DNA of 64,000 bases from Candidatus Hydrogenedentales bacterium (lineage in GTDB: Bacteria > Hydrogenedentota > Hydrogenedentia > Hydrogenedentales > SLHB01): assembly GCA_041859045.1 (NCBI GenBank), contig JBHELB010000030.1, forward strand, positions 41,136 to 105,135, given 5' to 3'. The position numbers were made by a program, and so were the translations under genes. Below, one piece after another: positions 1 to 10,941 of the stretch (position 1 is the stretch's first letter; each line of letters opens with the position of its first letter). The notes below the pieces were generated by a model. It had not been told where the DNA came from and did not search any database. It saw only the letters and a program-made list of their open reading frames with translations.

Positions 1-450
1 CTCCGGTCTGAGGGCGCGCCCGTGCAAATAGCGCCGTCCCGGACCTCCTCGCAACGCGTCTTCGAGTTGCTCGCGGAAAAAAGACGCCGCGAACCGGTTC
101 AGATCGAGCAGTTGCTGGCGCTGGCCTTCCTCTCGATTCTCCGCCGCCGTGGCGGCCGGCAACCGCACCCCGCCCCGGTCGGCCAGGCGGCGGAGCGCCT
201 CGCCGAAGGGCAGGTTCTCGTGTTTCATCAGAAAACCGAGCGCATCCCCGCCGCTGCCGCATCCGAAGCAATGAAACATCTGCCGGTCCTGGCTGACGGT
301 GAACGAGGGGGTTTTCTCGCTATGAAACGGACACAGCGCCTTATATCGACCAGCCCCTGAAGGCTTGAGATCGAGATAGGCGCCGATAATGTCCACGATG
401 TCGTTAGAAGCGAGCACTTCCGTGACGATCTCTCGGGAGTACCTGGCCAA
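1..450 (-). CDS. dnaG: DNA primase DnaG, N-terminal part (gene continues beyond window start)
   Basis: Reverse-strand translation of 1-450 is one open frame: ...YPREIVTEVLASNDIVDIIGAYLDLKPSGAGRYKALCPFHSEKTPSFTVSQDRQMFHCFGCGSGGDALGFLMKHENLPFGEALRRLADRAG... This is the CHC2 zinc-binding domain of primase. It is absent from the ORF track because the frame runs off the edge. Start codon uncertain (possible TTG near 448-450). Confidence 0.6.
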   Translation of the reverse strand, partial: MARYSREIVTEVLASNDIVDIIGAYLDLKPSGAGRYKALCPFHSEKTPSFTVSQDRQMFHCFGCGSGGDALGFLMKHENLPFGEALRRLADRGGVRLPAATAAENREEGQRQQLLDLNRFAASFFREQLEDALRGGPGRRYLHGRALRPE

Positions 451-795
451 GGGACCTGTTACGTCCTTTCCGCCCGGACGTGCCGCAGCGCGCCGTTCCG
501 GGGTGCCAAATAGGGTAACATGCGCGTTGACAGAGAGTTACGTACCGACTGCTCTAAGGTTTTCTTCCAAAATTCAGCAGATAGAGACAGTACTAGCCAC
601 AATCCTGTCAACTTCGACGGAAGCATAGCACATGTCGCCCCGCGTGTCAATAGGGGAGGGGCGATTTTCCGGAGCATTGGCCGCTCGATCAGCGGAACGT
701 CACCTGGCTTGACCTGGGGCGCGCGGGTGTCTAGGCTGGAGCCGAGGAGGCGGTGCTCCTTGGCGCGGGGAGCGGTTCCTCTAAGAAAGGCCTGT

Positions 796-1668
796 ATGAA
801 GCTTCAGGACATGTGTCGGACCTACAACATTCACTTCAAGAAGACCTTGGGGCAGAATCTGCTGCTCGATGACAATATCAATCGGATCATGGTCAGCGCC
901 GCCGAGTTGGGGCCCCAGGACGATGTGCTTGAGGTGGGGGCGGGACTTGGGGCGCTCACGAAGCACTTAGTCGAGCACGCGGGGCGGGTGTTGTCTATCG
1001 AGATCGACCGGGCCTTCATGCCCTGCCTTGAAGACCAATTCCGCGACCAGGCGAATCTGAAGCTTTTCCGCGGGGATGTCCTGAACCACGTTCCGAGCAA
1101 ACTGCTCGACGAGTACCTGCCGGGGTGGACCGACTACAAAATGGTCTCGAACGTGCCCTACTACATTACTACACCGATTCTTTTTCATTTCTGGGAGGCC
1201 GCGGCCTCTCCCTCGGTCATGGTGGCTATGGTGCAAGACGAAGTCGGCCGCCGGATGTGCGCGGGCGTCGATTCGAGCGAATACGGCGCGTTGGCGATTG
1301 CGGCTCGATGGTACAGCGAAGTCGATATCGTGCACTGGGTCTCGCGGAACTGTTTTCGGCCTATGCCCCAGGTGGACAGTTGCGTCGTTCGCCTGCGCCG
1401 CCGCGCCACGCCGCTTTTCCCCGGGCTCGAACCGCGGTTTCTGATGAGCCTGGTGCGCGCCGCGTTTGCGCAGCGTCGAAAGACCCTGCGGAATTCGTTA
1501 ACCAAGTCCGGGGCGTTTGGCGTGCCCCAGGAACTCGTGTTGAAAGCGTTCGAGACGTGCGAGATCGACCCCCAACGCCGTCCGCAGACGTTGTCACTTG
1601 ACGAGTTTGCCCAACTCGCGCTCGCGATACGTGCGGGGATGGCTCATGCGGAGGAGACATCGGCATGA
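796..1668 (+). CDS. rsmA: 16S rRNA (adenine1518/1519-N6)-dimethyltransferase RsmA/KsgA
   Basis: Frame of ORF 520..1668 trimmed to ATG 796 (MKLQDMCRTYNIHFKKTLGQNLLLD...). SAM motif LEVGAGLGALT and the KsgA family pattern run through the C-terminus. Confidence 0.85.
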   Translation: MKLQDMCRTYNIHFKKTLGQNLLLDDNINRIMVSAAELGPQDDVLEVGAGLGALTKHLVEHAGRVLSIEIDRAFMPCLEDQFRDQANLKLFRGDVLNHVPSKLLDEYLPGWTDYKMVSNVPYYITTPILFHFWEAAASPSVMVAMVQDEVGRRMCAGVDSSEYGALAIAARWYSEVDIVHWVSRNCFRPMPQVDSCVVRLRRRATPLFPGLEPRFLMSLVRAAFAQRRKTLRNSLTKSGAFGVPQELVLKAFETCEIDPQRRPQTLSLDEFAQLALAIRAGMAHAEETSA

Positions 1669-2753
1669 CGCGTGAACGACAGAGCAAGAAGACGGTCCCC
1701 GCCCAACTCGATACGGTGTTCCCGCAGATCATTAACGCGTTGAGCTCCGGCGTGATTGCTCTCGATCGCGACGGTGTGGTGGTCTGTGCGAATCGCGCGG
1801 CCTGCGCGCATCTTGGGGTGGAGCCCGAGGCGATTCGACCTGGCCTTCGGCTTGAGGAGTTGGCCTTGGTGGGGCCTTTGGTGGATGTTGTGCGAGAAGT
1901 TGCGCTCACGCATGCTCCCGTCACGCGCCGCGAACTGGTGCTGTCGCTCGGTCCGGGTATTCAGAAAGAGATCGGGCTGTCCGCGTCGTTGCTTGAAGGG
2001 CCCGAGGCGTTCAACGGCGTCGTGCTGCTCTTCACCGACATGACCGACCGTCGTTCCCTTGAACGCGCCGCGGAAATCAACCGCCAACTGGCGTCGCTGG
2101 GCGAACTGACGGCCGGCGTGGTACACGAACTGCGCAACCCGCTCAGCGTGATCAGCGGCATGTCCGAACTGCTGATTCGGAAACTTTCCGCGGACGAAGG
2201 GTTGCGGGAAATCGCCGAGACCATTTTCGAAGAGGCGGGCGGGCTCGAACGCGCGATCAGCCTATTCCTGGGGTTTGCGCGTCCGTTCTCCGAGGTGCAG
2301 GTCGCGCCGTGCAATCCCGAAGAGATTATCGAGCGCGCGGTGCGTCTGTGCCGCCGCAGGGCGCAGGACAAGAAGGTGACGCTCATGAGCACCGTCGCGG
2401 AAGACTTACCGCGCATTCAGGCCGATGTCAGCCGCACGGCGCAGGCGTTGGTGAACGTTCTGAACAATGCCATTGACGCCGCACCTGCCGAAACCGGCGA
2501 AGTGAACGTGCGAACCTGCGTGGACCGTGCGTACGTCCTGTTTGAAGTGACGGACAATGGCCCCGGCGTTCAACTTGCGCAAGGCGAGGATCTGTTTGCG
2601 CCGTTTTTTACGAAGAAAGAAGGCGGCACCGGCCTCGGGCTATCGATCGTCCACCGCATCATCAGCGCCCACGGTGGCAGCATCTCCTACCGCAACCGCG
2701 AAGAAGGCGGCGTCCGTTTCGAGATCCGGTTGCCGATTCGGCGGCAGGGATAG
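1665..2753 (+). CDS. Sensor histidine kinase (PAS sensor, HisKA, HATPase_c), NtrB-like, orphan
   Basis: H-box HELRNPLSVISGMSELL; N/G boxes VLNNAIDAA...DNGPGV...GGTGLGLSIV; N-terminal PAS-like region. ATG overlaps the rsmA stop (ATGA). No response regulator is adjacent. Confidence 0.8.
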   Translation: MTRERQSKKTVPAQLDTVFPQIINALSSGVIALDRDGVVVCANRAACAHLGVEPEAIRPGLRLEELALVGPLVDVVREVALTHAPVTRRELVLSLGPGIQKEIGLSASLLEGPEAFNGVVLLFTDMTDRRSLERAAEINRQLASLGELTAGVVHELRNPLSVISGMSELLIRKLSADEGLREIAETIFEEAGGLERAISLFLGFARPFSEVQVAPCNPEEIIERAVRLCRRRAQDKKVTLMSTVAEDLPRIQADVSRTAQALVNVLNNAIDAAPAETGEVNVRTCVDRAYVLFEVTDNGPGVQLAQGEDLFAPFFTKKEGGTGLGLSIVHRIISAHGGSISYRNREEGGVRFEIRLPIRRQG

Positions 2754-2759
2754 AGGGCG

Positions 2760-4007
2760 TCAAGCTGTTCCCGCAGACGCGACCGGCGAGGAAACCTGGC
2801 TTGGCTGCGGCAGTAGCCCGCTTCGCATCAGCCATTTGGACATGATGCGCGCGGTTTCCTGGGTGCCCTCGAGAGACGTGTGCATGCCGTCATCAAAAAG
2901 GTCAGCATTTTGGGGATAGTCCGCGGCGAGGTCGTACCAAGCGGCTCCGGTTCTTTCCGCTAGGGCCTTCATACCCTGATCGGACTTAGACCACGCACTG
3001 AGGAAGTCGGGGCTCGTGACGATAGGGCGGGTACCGGCGCGCGGCACTGCTTGCGGCGAACGCGGCGTCGAGACGACCACCGTCTTTACTCCGTCGGCTT
3101 GGGCCATCGCGATGAGGTAGCTCAGGTTGCGTAGCAGATAGGCGTCCGTGTTGGCCTCGAGCATTTGTGCTAACGAGATATCTCGAAGTATACCCTGAGG
3201 ATACGTGCCCTTGGCCTGCTGTTCCTCCCACTCAAACCCGAGGAAGTTTGCCCCATTTTGCAGATCGTAGAGTGTGCGGAGGGCGAAATGCGATTCCGCG
3301 AAGCCGAGCCGGACACGCACGGCGCGGACCAAAGCCGACTGGTCGTACCACGGAATGAGCACAACATTGTCTTGCAGCGGAACGCGAAACCCCGAGTTGT
3401 CGCCTTTGTACGCCTCATGCGGCCAGACGATGCGCGCCAGGGTGTCGTTGAGGCCATCCATGACGATCAACATATCGGGATCGAGACCTGAGATGCGGAA
3501 TGCATAGTTGATGAGTGACTCATAACTCGTGTAACCGTCGCACCCAGCGTTGATCACCCGGACATTCGAGTAGCCTTGTTGTCGGAGCTCCTTCTCAAGG
3601 AGTTTAGGGTAGGAAAATTGGGTGTTTCCCACGGTTGCTGTATAGGTGGTCGAACCGCCCATGCACACGACTCGGAACTCATCAGGCGGTTTGGGGAGGG
3701 CAATTTCGTCATCTTTATACCCCAAAGAATTGTGTGTGAGATCATCTCGTTCGAAATTCGGTGTTGGGAAGTACCCCAAGTAGCGATGCGGCGCAAACCG
3801 CAAGTATCGCGCCGCGAACTCAGGCCGCGCATAGAGGTCGTGAATGGAGGCGTACCGGAGAAAGAGTTGCGCATCGTTTGTATGGTAGAGGGTGTAACGG
3901 ACGTACCATTCCCCTGCGGCAAGCATCAGCACGGAGGTTACGAGCAAGAGGAGTAGGTTGCCCAAGCACCCTTTGGGGGCCGCTTTTTTGCTCGAGTTGG
4001 TCGTCAT
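2760..4007 (-). CDS. Membrane-anchored SGNH/GDSL-family hydrolase
   Basis: N-terminal TM helix. SGNH blocks: block I CMGGSTT, block III DGLNDT, block V DDGMHTS (DxxH). Confidence 0.6.
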   Translation of the reverse strand: MTTNSSKKAAPKGCLGNLLLLLVTSVLMLAAGEWYVRYTLYHTNDAQLFLRYASIHDLYARPEFAARYLRFAPHRYLGYFPTPNFERDDLTHNSLGYKDDEIALPKPPDEFRVVCMGGSTTYTATVGNTQFSYPKLLEKELRQQGYSNVRVINAGCDGYTSYESLINYAFRISGLDPDMLIVMDGLNDTLARIVWPHEAYKGDNSGFRVPLQDNVVLIPWYDQSALVRAVRVRLGFAESHFALRTLYDLQNGANFLGFEWEEQQAKGTYPQGILRDISLAQMLEANTDAYLLRNLSYLIAMAQADGVKTVVVSTPRSPQAVPRAGTRPIVTSPDFLSAWSKSDQGMKALAERTGAAWYDLAADYPQNADLFDDGMHTSLEGTQETARIMSKWLMRSGLLPQPSQVSSPVASAGTA

Positions 4008-4259
4008 ACGCTCTCCTTCGATGTTTGGTCCAGCGACGGGGTATCTTATCCAGGACGCCGGGGAAATAAAAGAAGAAGACTTCGGATATGTCTGAAACGC
4101 GAGTGTTTGGGGCCTCTACCAAAACGATTCGTTTTCCCGGTTCTATGGCAATTTGCCCTGCTCATTTGCCATAATACCCATCGGTGATGCCGCCGGTTGA
4201 ACAAATCGAATCGGCAGGCGTCTGTAGCAGCAGCAGCTTGTTAAGAAGGTGACGAAAAT

Positions 4260-6725
4260 ATGTCAACCTGGGAACGATTTACGGAACGGGCCAAGCACGT
4301 GGTCAGCGCGGCGCGCGAAGAGGCGACGCGGCTGGGCAGCGAGTACGTGCGGACCGAGCATATTCTTTTAGGCTTGTGCCGTGAGCCGGACGGGATCGCG
4401 GCGCGCGCGCTTGAGAACTTGGGTATTGACATCGATGCTCTGGCGCTCGAGATTGAGCAGCAGATCCAGCGCGGCAATGCGGTGGTGTCGGGCGACGACA
4501 TTACGTTTACGCCGCGCGCGAAGAAGGTTTTGGAGCTGGCGGTCGAAGAGGCGCGTCGGTTCAACCACAGCTACATCGGCACGGAGCACATTCTCCTCGG
4601 CCTTATCAAAGAGGGCGAGGGGATTGCGGCCAAGGTGCTGCAGGACATGAAAATCGATCTCGACCGCGTCCAGGCCGAGGTGATTCGCCTGCTGGGCGAC
4701 CAAGGCAAGCCGGGCGCGGCCCCGGCCGCGAGTCAGAAGAAATCGCAGACGCCTGCGCTCGATACGTTCGGACGCGATCTGACGGCGCTCGCCGCGGAAG
4801 ACAAGCTTGACCCGGTGATCGGCCGCGAGGCGGAGATCGAGCGCGTGATCCAGGTGCTCAGCCGCCGGATGAAAAACAACCCCGTGCTGATCGGCGAGGC
4901 GGGCGTCGGTAAGACCGCCATCGTCGAGGGTCTGGCCCAGGCGATCGTCAACGGCGACGTGCCCGACCTGCTGCTGAACCGCCGCGTGCTCACGCTCGAC
5001 CTCGCAGGCGTTGTCGCGGGCACGAAATACCGCGGTCAATTTGAGGAACGCCTCAAGTCGGTGATGAAGGAGATCCGGCGCGCGGACAACATCATCCTGT
5101 TTATTGACGAGTTGCACACCATCGTCGGCGCGGGCGCGGCGGAGGGCGCGGTCGATGCGGCGAATATGCTCAAGCCCGCGTTGGCGCGCGGCGAACTGCA
5201 GTGCATCGGCGCGACGACGATGGACGAATACCGCAAGCACATCGAAAAGGATGCGGCGCTGGCGCGGCGATTCCAGACGATTCTCGTGGATGCGCCGACG
5301 GTGGAGCAGACCATTGAGATCATTCAGGGGTTGCGCGATAAGTACGAAGCGCACCACCGCGTAAAGTTCAGCGACGAGGCGATCGTCGCCGCGGCGAAGT
5401 TGTCGAACCAGTACATCACCGATCGTTACCTGCCCGACAAGGCGGTGGACGTGATCGACGAAGCGGGCAGTCGCGCGCGCTTGCAGATTACCACGCGCCC
5501 CGCTGCGCTCAAGGAAATCGAGCAGGAGATCGAGCGCGTTACCAAGGACAAAGAATCGGCCATTCGCCGGCAAGAGTACGAGAAGGCGGCGAGCTTTCGC
5601 GATCGCGAGCGAACGCTCACGAACGAGCTTGAGGAACGCAAGCGCGAGTGGGAGAAGAAACGCGATTCGTCCGAAACTGTCGTCAACGAAGACGACATCG
5701 CGTACATCGTGTCGAAATGGACCGGCGTGCCGCTGACCAAGCTCGAGGAGAAGGAGTCCGAGCGGCTTCTGCGCATGCGCGACGAACTGCACCAATCCAT
5801 CGTCGGTCAGGAGGAGGCTATCGACGCCGTGACCCGCGCGATCCAGCGGTCCCGCGCGGGATTGCGCAACCGGCGTCGGCCCGTGGGCAGCTTCCTGCTG
5901 CTGGGGCCGACCGGCGTTGGCAAGACCCTGCTCGCCAAGACCCTCGCCCAGTTCCTCTTCGGCAGCGAGGACGCGCTGGTCTCGATCGACATGTCCGAAT
6001 ACATGGAGAAATTCGCGGTCTCTCGCCTGGGCGGTGCGCCTCCGGGGTACGTTGGGTATAACGAAGGCGGCCAGTTGACGGAGCAGGTTCGTCGCCGGCC
6101 GTATTCCGTGGTCTTGTTCGACGAGATCGAGAAGGCCCATCCCGATGTGTTCAACATCCTGCTCCAGGTGCTCGAGGACGGCCACATGACCGACGGCACG
6201 GGGCGCAAGGTCGATTTTCGGAACACAGTCATCGTGATGACCTCGAACGCCGGGGCGCGCCGGATTGGCCGCAACGTGACGGTGGGGTTCCAGCGCGACA
6301 ACGTCGAGGACCAGTACCGCGAGATGCGCGACCGGGTGATCGACGAGGCCCGGAAGGTCTTCAACCCCGAGTTTTTGAACCGGATCGACGAAATTCTCGT
6401 ATTTCACCGGTTGGGACACGAGGAACTGGTCCGCATTGTTGACATTCAAGTGCAGGAGGTGATAGAACGCTGCCGGGAGCAGGGGTTGACCCTGACGATT
6501 ACGAACGAAGCCAAGGAATTCATTGTGCGGAAGGGGAGCGACGAGCAATACGGCGCGCGCCCCCTCAGACGGACCGTGCAGCAGCACATCGAAGACCCCC
6601 TCTCCGAACACCTCCTCCGGGGGACTTTTGCATCCGGAACCACCATTGAGGTGCGTCCGGCCCAGGACGGAGATGAACTGGTCTTCGAAGCCGCCGTGCC
6701 GGTCGGGGAAGGTGCAGCCACGTGA
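4260..6725 (+). CDS. clpC: ATP-dependent Clp protease ATP-binding subunit ClpC (class III AAA+)
   Basis: Two Clp_N repeats (TEHILLGL... twice); Walker [16 protein letters not shown] and a second GPTGVGKT; UVR-like linker [12 protein letters not shown]; 821 aa. Confidence 0.9.
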   Translation: MSTWERFTERAKHVVSAAREEATRLGSEYVRTEHILLGLCREPDGIAARALENLGIDIDALALEIEQQIQRGNAVVSGDDITFTPRAKKVLELAVEEARRFNHSYIGTEHILLGLIKEGEGIAAKVLQDMKIDLDRVQAEVIRLLGDQGKPGAAPAASQKKSQTPALDTFGRDLTALAAEDKLDPVIGREAEIERVIQVLSRRMKNNPVLIGEAGVGKTAIVEGLAQAIVNGDVPDLLLNRRVLTLDLAGVVAGTKYRGQFEERLKSVMKEIRRADNIILFIDELHTIVGAGAAEGAVDAANMLKPALARGELQCIGATTMDEYRKHIEKDAALARRFQTILVDAPTVEQTIEIIQGLRDKYEAHHRVKFSDEAIVAAAKLSNQYITDRYLPDKAVDVIDEAGSRARLQITTRPAALKEIEQEIERVTKDKESAIRRQEYEKAASFRDRERTLTNELEERKREWEKKRDSSETVVNEDDIAYIVSKWTGVPLTKLEEKESERLLRMRDELHQSIVGQEEAIDAVTRAIQRSRAGLRNRRRPVGSFLLLGPTGVGKTLLAKTLAQFLFGSEDALVSIDMSEYMEKFAVSRLGGAPPGYVGYNEGGQLTEQVRRRPYSVVLFDEIEKAHPDVFNILLQVLEDGHMTDGTGRKVDFRNTVIVMTSNAGARRIGRNVTVGFQRDNVEDQYREMRDRVIDEARKVFNPEFLNRIDEILVFHRLGHEELVRIVDIQVQEVIERCREQGLTLTITNEAKEFIVRKGSDEQYGARPLRRTVQQHIEDPLSEHLLRGTFASGTTIEVRPAQDGDELVFEAAVPVGEGAAT

Positions 6726-9016
6726 TCACGCGGGGAATAGCGCTAGCGTTCGTGGGGGCCATGTTGAGCCTGACCGCTTGGGCCCAGGACTATGCTGGGC
6801 GGACTGTCGATGAAGTCCGTCTGAATGGGCTGGGGCGGATCAGCGAACAACTCGTTCGCTCCAAACTCGAAGTTCAACCGGCGCAGGCGCTCAGTCCGGG
6901 CGCTATCGCGCGCGACATCCGGCGCATCTACGACCTGGGCTACTTCGAGAAGGTCGATGCGCAAGCCAGCGAAGAAGCCAGCCGACTGGTGGTGATCTAT
7001 TCCGTCGTCGAAAAGCGCATGATCCGCGAGATCAAAATCATCGGCAACAAGAAAGTCCGCACGCGCGTCATTCAAGGCGCGATCTCTTGGAAAGAAGGCG
7101 ACTCCTTCGTCGAGGGCGGCTATCCCGAGGAACGCGACGCCATCGTCAAGGCCTGCGCCCAAAAAGGATTCCCCAACGCCAGCGTCGATATCGTGGCCGA
7201 AAACATCGGCCCGGGGCTGGTGCGTCTTACCTATAGTATTCACGAAGGGGCCAAGGCCCGCGTGAAGTCGGTCACGTTTGAAGGCAATACCGTCTTAACC
7301 GACCGGCAATTGCGCAAGATGATGAAGACCCGCCGCGCGTTCTGGTTCCTGGGCGGTAAGTACGACGAGACCCAGTTCGAGGCCGACCTGAAGAAGGTTA
7401 TTGACGAATACGGCAATTACGGACGGCTCGAGGCGCAGATCGCGAATACCGACCTGACCTACCGCGACAGCGGCAAGGGCATGGACATCGTGATTCGCCT
7501 GGCCGAAGGCCCGGAATACAAGGTTGAAGGCCTTGAGGTCGCGGGCAATCAGGTGTTCGACACCGATGAAGTCGAGCGGCTGGTGAAGGTGAAGGCGGGC
7601 GACGTTCACAACAAAGGACAGGTGACCGAAGACGCCGACACGATCAACAAGGGCTACGAGGACAGCGGCTACATCAATAGTCAGGTCGCGCCGCAAGTGA
7701 CGCTCGATCGCGAGAACAAGACCACGCACATCGTTCACCGCGTGATCGAGAACGACCTGCGCTATATCAAAGAGATCAAGATCACCGGCAACTCCATCAC
7801 GCGCGATGAAGTGATTCGCCGCGAGATGCTGGCCAATCCCGGCGAACGCTTCGACGGCAGCATGCTGCGGTTGAGTCAGCGCAGCCTGGACAACATGGAT
7901 TACTTCGACGATATCCGCATGACGATGGAGGACGTTCCGGGCGACGACCGCTTCTCGAATCTCCTGCTCGATGTGGATGAAGGCAAGACCGGTTCGTTCA
8001 ACTTTGGCGTCGGCTACAGCACGGAAGACAAGTTCGGCGGCTCGGTCGAGTTGAACCTCCGCAATTTCGACATCTCCAACTGGCCGAGTTTCCACGGCGG
8101 CGGCCAGCAGTTCCGCGCGAAGATTTCGCTGGGGCAGGTGAACTCGCAGTACAGCATCAGCTTTACCGATCCCGAGTTCTTGGGCTATCCGCTTAGCTTT
8201 GGCGTGGACCTGTTTGACGAGAGCCACGACGAAGACGCTTACGAAGAAGACACGCGTGGTGGGCAACTGCGTTTCGGAAAAGTCTTGTCGCCGTATGTCA
8301 TGACGCGCCTGGCGCTGCGCTATTCCGATGTCGAGATCAGCGACATTCCCGCGTTTAGCTGGCCGCGCATCCGCCGCGAAAGCACGGACGGCAGCACCAC
8401 AAGCATCGCGTGGGGCATTAACCGCAACACGACCGACATACGCCGCGACCCGAGCACGGGCAGCGTGCATGACTTCCAGATCGAGCTGGCGGGACTCGGC
8501 GGCGACTACGACTTCTATAAGGTCGAGCACGATTCCGCTTGGTACTGGGCGCTCGACAAAAAGAATCAGAAGTGGGTGCTGTCGTTCCGCACGCGCGAGG
8601 ACTACTCGGACAACTACGGCAGTTCGGACTTCATCCCGATTTCGTTCCGTTACTTTGCGGGCGGCACGAGCACCGTGCGCGGGTATGACAGCGGCGACAT
8701 CGGCCCGCAAGAGCGCCGCTTCGTCTTCTGGGGCGATCGCCAGGCCTTGGGCGGCGAGGTGCGCGTGCTGGAGAACCTCGAACTCAAGTATAAGCTGAAC
8801 AAGATGCTGCGCCTGTACACGTTCGTGGACGCGGGCGGCGTTTGGAGCGAAGGCGACGACTTTGACTTGGGCGACATGAAGTATAGCGCGGGCATTGGCG
8901 TTGGCGTGGATATTCCGAAGATGGGTCCGATCCGCATCGACTACGGTTTCCCGCTCAATCCGGAGGATTGGCAGGGCTCCGGGCGCTTGCACTTGACGTC
9001 GGGTTTGAAATTCTAG
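6722..9016 (+). CDS. bamA: Outer membrane protein assembly factor BamA (Omp85)
   Basis: Signal peptide, multiple POTRA-like repeats and a C-terminal surface antigen D15 beta-barrel (…GIGVGVDIPKMGPIRIDYGFPL…LTSGLKF). GTG start at 6722 overlaps the clpC stop by 4 nt (GTGA). Confidence 0.9.
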   Translation: MITRGIALAFVGAMLSLTAWAQDYAGRTVDEVRLNGLGRISEQLVRSKLEVQPAQALSPGAIARDIRRIYDLGYFEKVDAQASEEASRLVVIYSVVEKRMIREIKIIGNKKVRTRVIQGAISWKEGDSFVEGGYPEERDAIVKACAQKGFPNASVDIVAENIGPGLVRLTYSIHEGAKARVKSVTFEGNTVLTDRQLRKMMKTRRAFWFLGGKYDETQFEADLKKVIDEYGNYGRLEAQIANTDLTYRDSGKGMDIVIRLAEGPEYKVEGLEVAGNQVFDTDEVERLVKVKAGDVHNKGQVTEDADTINKGYEDSGYINSQVAPQVTLDRENKTTHIVHRVIENDLRYIKEIKITGNSITRDEVIRREMLANPGERFDGSMLRLSQRSLDNMDYFDDIRMTMEDVPGDDRFSNLLLDVDEGKTGSFNFGVGYSTEDKFGGSVELNLRNFDISNWPSFHGGGQQFRAKISLGQVNSQYSISFTDPEFLGYPLSFGVDLFDESHDEDAYEEDTRGGQLRFGKVLSPYVMTRLALRYSDVEISDIPAFSWPRIRRESTDGSTTSIAWGINRNTTDIRRDPSTGSVHDFQIELAGLGGDYDFYKVEHDSAWYWALDKKNQKWVLSFRTREDYSDNYGSSDFIPISFRYFAGGTSTVRGYDSGDIGPQERRFVFWGDRQALGGEVRVLENLELKYKLNKMLRLYTFVDAGGVWSEGDDFDLGDMKYSAGIGVGVDIPKMGPIRIDYGFPLNPEDWQGSGRLHLTSGLKF

Positions 9017-9210
9017 TTGGCGAACGGGACGGCGTGCTTGCGGCGCTCCGTCCCGGGGTTGTATACTTCCACGATGTTTTGAGCGCTCTCTCAGGGGTAT
9101 TTTGCCCTGCGGAGGGCAGAATGCAGGGGGATAGTTTGGCCATCGGCCCGGGTAGGCCCGGCGCACGAGGAGGACTATTCCGCCAGAGGCAGCAGGAAAG
9201 GATTCACGAC

Positions 9211-9804
9211 GTGAAACTTCGTTACGTAGCGCTGAGTTTGGGTGTGGCGGCCATCGCGATGTTGGCTTTGACGTCCGGCGCGCCGGTTCTTGCACAGAAC
9301 GCCGCCACGCCGGCCGCCGCGGGCGGTTACAAGATTGGTGTCGTCAAGTTCCAGGAAGTCGTTGACACGTACGAGGCGCTGAAGACCCAGCGTGACGCCC
9401 TGCAGAAGGAAGCCGACGAGAAGGCGACCGCGCTCAAGGCCCGCAAAGAGGCCTACGACAAGAAGATCGAAGACTACCGCAAGGCGCGTGAGACGATGGA
9501 CGAGAACGGTCGTCGCGCCAAGGAAGACGAGCTTCGCCGTGAGCAGAACGACCTCAAGAGTCAGATGGACTCTGCGGAGAGCGATCTGAACACCAAGTTC
9601 AACCGTCTGCGCGACTCGACGATGCGCCAGATTCTGACCGTGATTCGCCAGATCGGCGCTAACGAGGGGTACCATCTGATTCTCGACGCCAATCCCGAGG
9701 GATTGACGGGGGCGGTGGTGTACTTCGCGGTCCCGATCGACATCACCGAGAAGGTCAAAGAAGCACTGAAGAAATCGGCGCCTCCGGCCGCTTCGGGTAA
9801 ATAG
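9211..9804 (+). CDS. skp: Periplasmic chaperone Skp/OmpH
   Basis: In-frame GTG at 9211 preceded by AGGAAAGGA. Signal peptide VKLRYVALSLGVAAIAMLALTSGAPVLAQ, then OmpH-like coiled-coil. The ORF track's longer 8968 start adds an implausible N-terminus. Confidence 0.75.
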   Translation: MKLRYVALSLGVAAIAMLALTSGAPVLAQNAATPAAAGGYKIGVVKFQEVVDTYEALKTQRDALQKEADEKATALKARKEAYDKKIEDYRKARETMDENGRRAKEDELRREQNDLKSQMDSAESDLNTKFNRLRDSTMRQILTVIRQIGANEGYHLILDANPEGLTGAVVYFAVPIDITEKVKEALKKSAPPAASGK

Positions 9805-9813
9805 TCCCGCTGA

Positions 9814-9846
9814 GCGCCCCCGGGCCACCGGGGGCGCAGCGGTTTT
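9814..9846 (+). terminator. Rho-independent terminator after skp
   Basis: GCGCCCCCGGG-cca-CCCGGGGGCGC hairpin followed by GGTTTTT. Confidence 0.6.
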
Positions 9847-9888
9847 TAAGGGACACAGCGTGCACCCTCAAGAGCCGGGCCATATCTG

Positions 9889-10941
9889 ATGCGCAGTACT
9901 GTATCGGAGATTGCCGCACTGGTCGGCGGGAGCGTCAAAGGCGACCCCCACACCCCAATTACCGGGGCGCGGGGAATTCGGCACGCCCTGCCGGGCGATT
10001 TGACCTTTTATGCCGATGGCCGCTATGCCCAGGACCTTGCCCGAACCCAAGCTACCGTATTGCTCGTTCGCGAGGAAGTGGACGCACCGGGAAAGATTCA
10101 GATCGTAGTGTCCGATCCTGCCGAAGCGTTTGGCATGGTCATTCAGACCTACCGGGCGCGGCGCGATCAACGTTGCGAGGGGATTCACCCCTCGGCGATT
10201 CTTGGGCGCGATGTACAGGTAGGCGCGGGAGTCTTTCTCGGCCCGCACGTATTCGTCGGCGATGAAACCGTACTCGCCGATGGGGTGGCGCTGCACGCGA
10301 ACGTCGTTGTCGGCGCGGAAGTGGTCATTGGTCCGGACACGGTGGTGCATCCAAACGCCACGATTCGCGAGCAGGTCACGATTGGCGCGCGGTGCGTGAT
10401 TCACAGCGGCACGGTGATCGGCAGCGAGGGGTTTGGTTTTGTCCGGGGGAAAGACGGAATCCGGAAAATCCCGCAACTGGGCACGGTGATTATTGGGGAT
10501 GAGGTTGAAATTGGGGCCAATTCGGCGGTGGACCGAGCCCGGTTCGGCGAGACCGTTATCGGCTCCGGGACGAAAATTGACAACCTGGTCCAGATCGGCC
10601 ACAATGTCCAAATCGGCGAGGACGCCATCATCTGTGGGATGGTGGGGGTGGCAGGGAGTGCGACCCTTGGCCAGCGGGTGACGCTGGCGGCGAGCGCCGG
10701 GGTGACAGGACATATCGAGATTGGCGACGATGTGACGGTGGCGGCCCGGAGTGGGGTCACCAAGTCGATTCCGGCGGGCCGGGTGGTATCCGGTTTTCCG
10801 GCGGACGACCACGAACGCGACAAGCGGGTGATTGCGAGTACACGCCGTCTACCCGAGGCGTTGCGAACGATCCGCGCGCTCGAGCGCCGTATTGAGGAAT
10901 TGGAACAAAAACTGAATGGACTTACAAAGGACCATCGCTAG
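9889..10941 (+). CDS. lpxD: UDP-3-O-(3-hydroxyacyl)glucosamine N-acyltransferase LpxD
   Basis: LpxD N-terminal domain followed by left-handed beta-helix hexapeptide repeats ([20 protein letters not shown]...); 350 aa. Confidence 0.9.
   Translation: MRSTVSEIAALVGGSVKGDPHTPITGARGIRHALPGDLTFYADGRYAQDLARTQATVLLVREEVDAPGKIQIVVSDPAEAFGMVIQTYRARRDQRCEGIHPSAILGRDVQVGAGVFLGPHVFVGDETVLADGVALHANVVVGAEVVIGPDTVVHPNATIREQVTIGARCVIHSGTVIGSEGFGFVRGKDGIRKIPQLGTVIIGDEVEIGANSAVDRARFGETVIGSGTKIDNLVQIGHNVQIGEDAIICGMVGVAGSATLGQRVTLAASAGVTGHIEIGDDVTVAARSGVTKSIPAGRVVSGFPADDHERDKRVIASTRRLPEALRTIRALERRIEELEQKLNGLTKDHR

Noticed and set aside
22-360. 112-aa plus-strand ORF at window start
   Set aside because: Antisense to a clearly recognisable DnaG zinc-finger frame; no recognisable motifs; Arg/Ala-rich as expected of antisense ORFs in high-GC DNA.
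4368-6611. 747-aa minus-strand ORF
   Set aside because: Fully antisense to clpC, which has unambiguous AAA+ motifs; low-complexity Arg/Leu/Ala-rich translation typical of spurious long ORFs in high-GC DNA.
7295-9295. 666-aa minus-strand ORF
   Set aside because: Antisense to bamA and skp; no motifs; same high-GC artefact.
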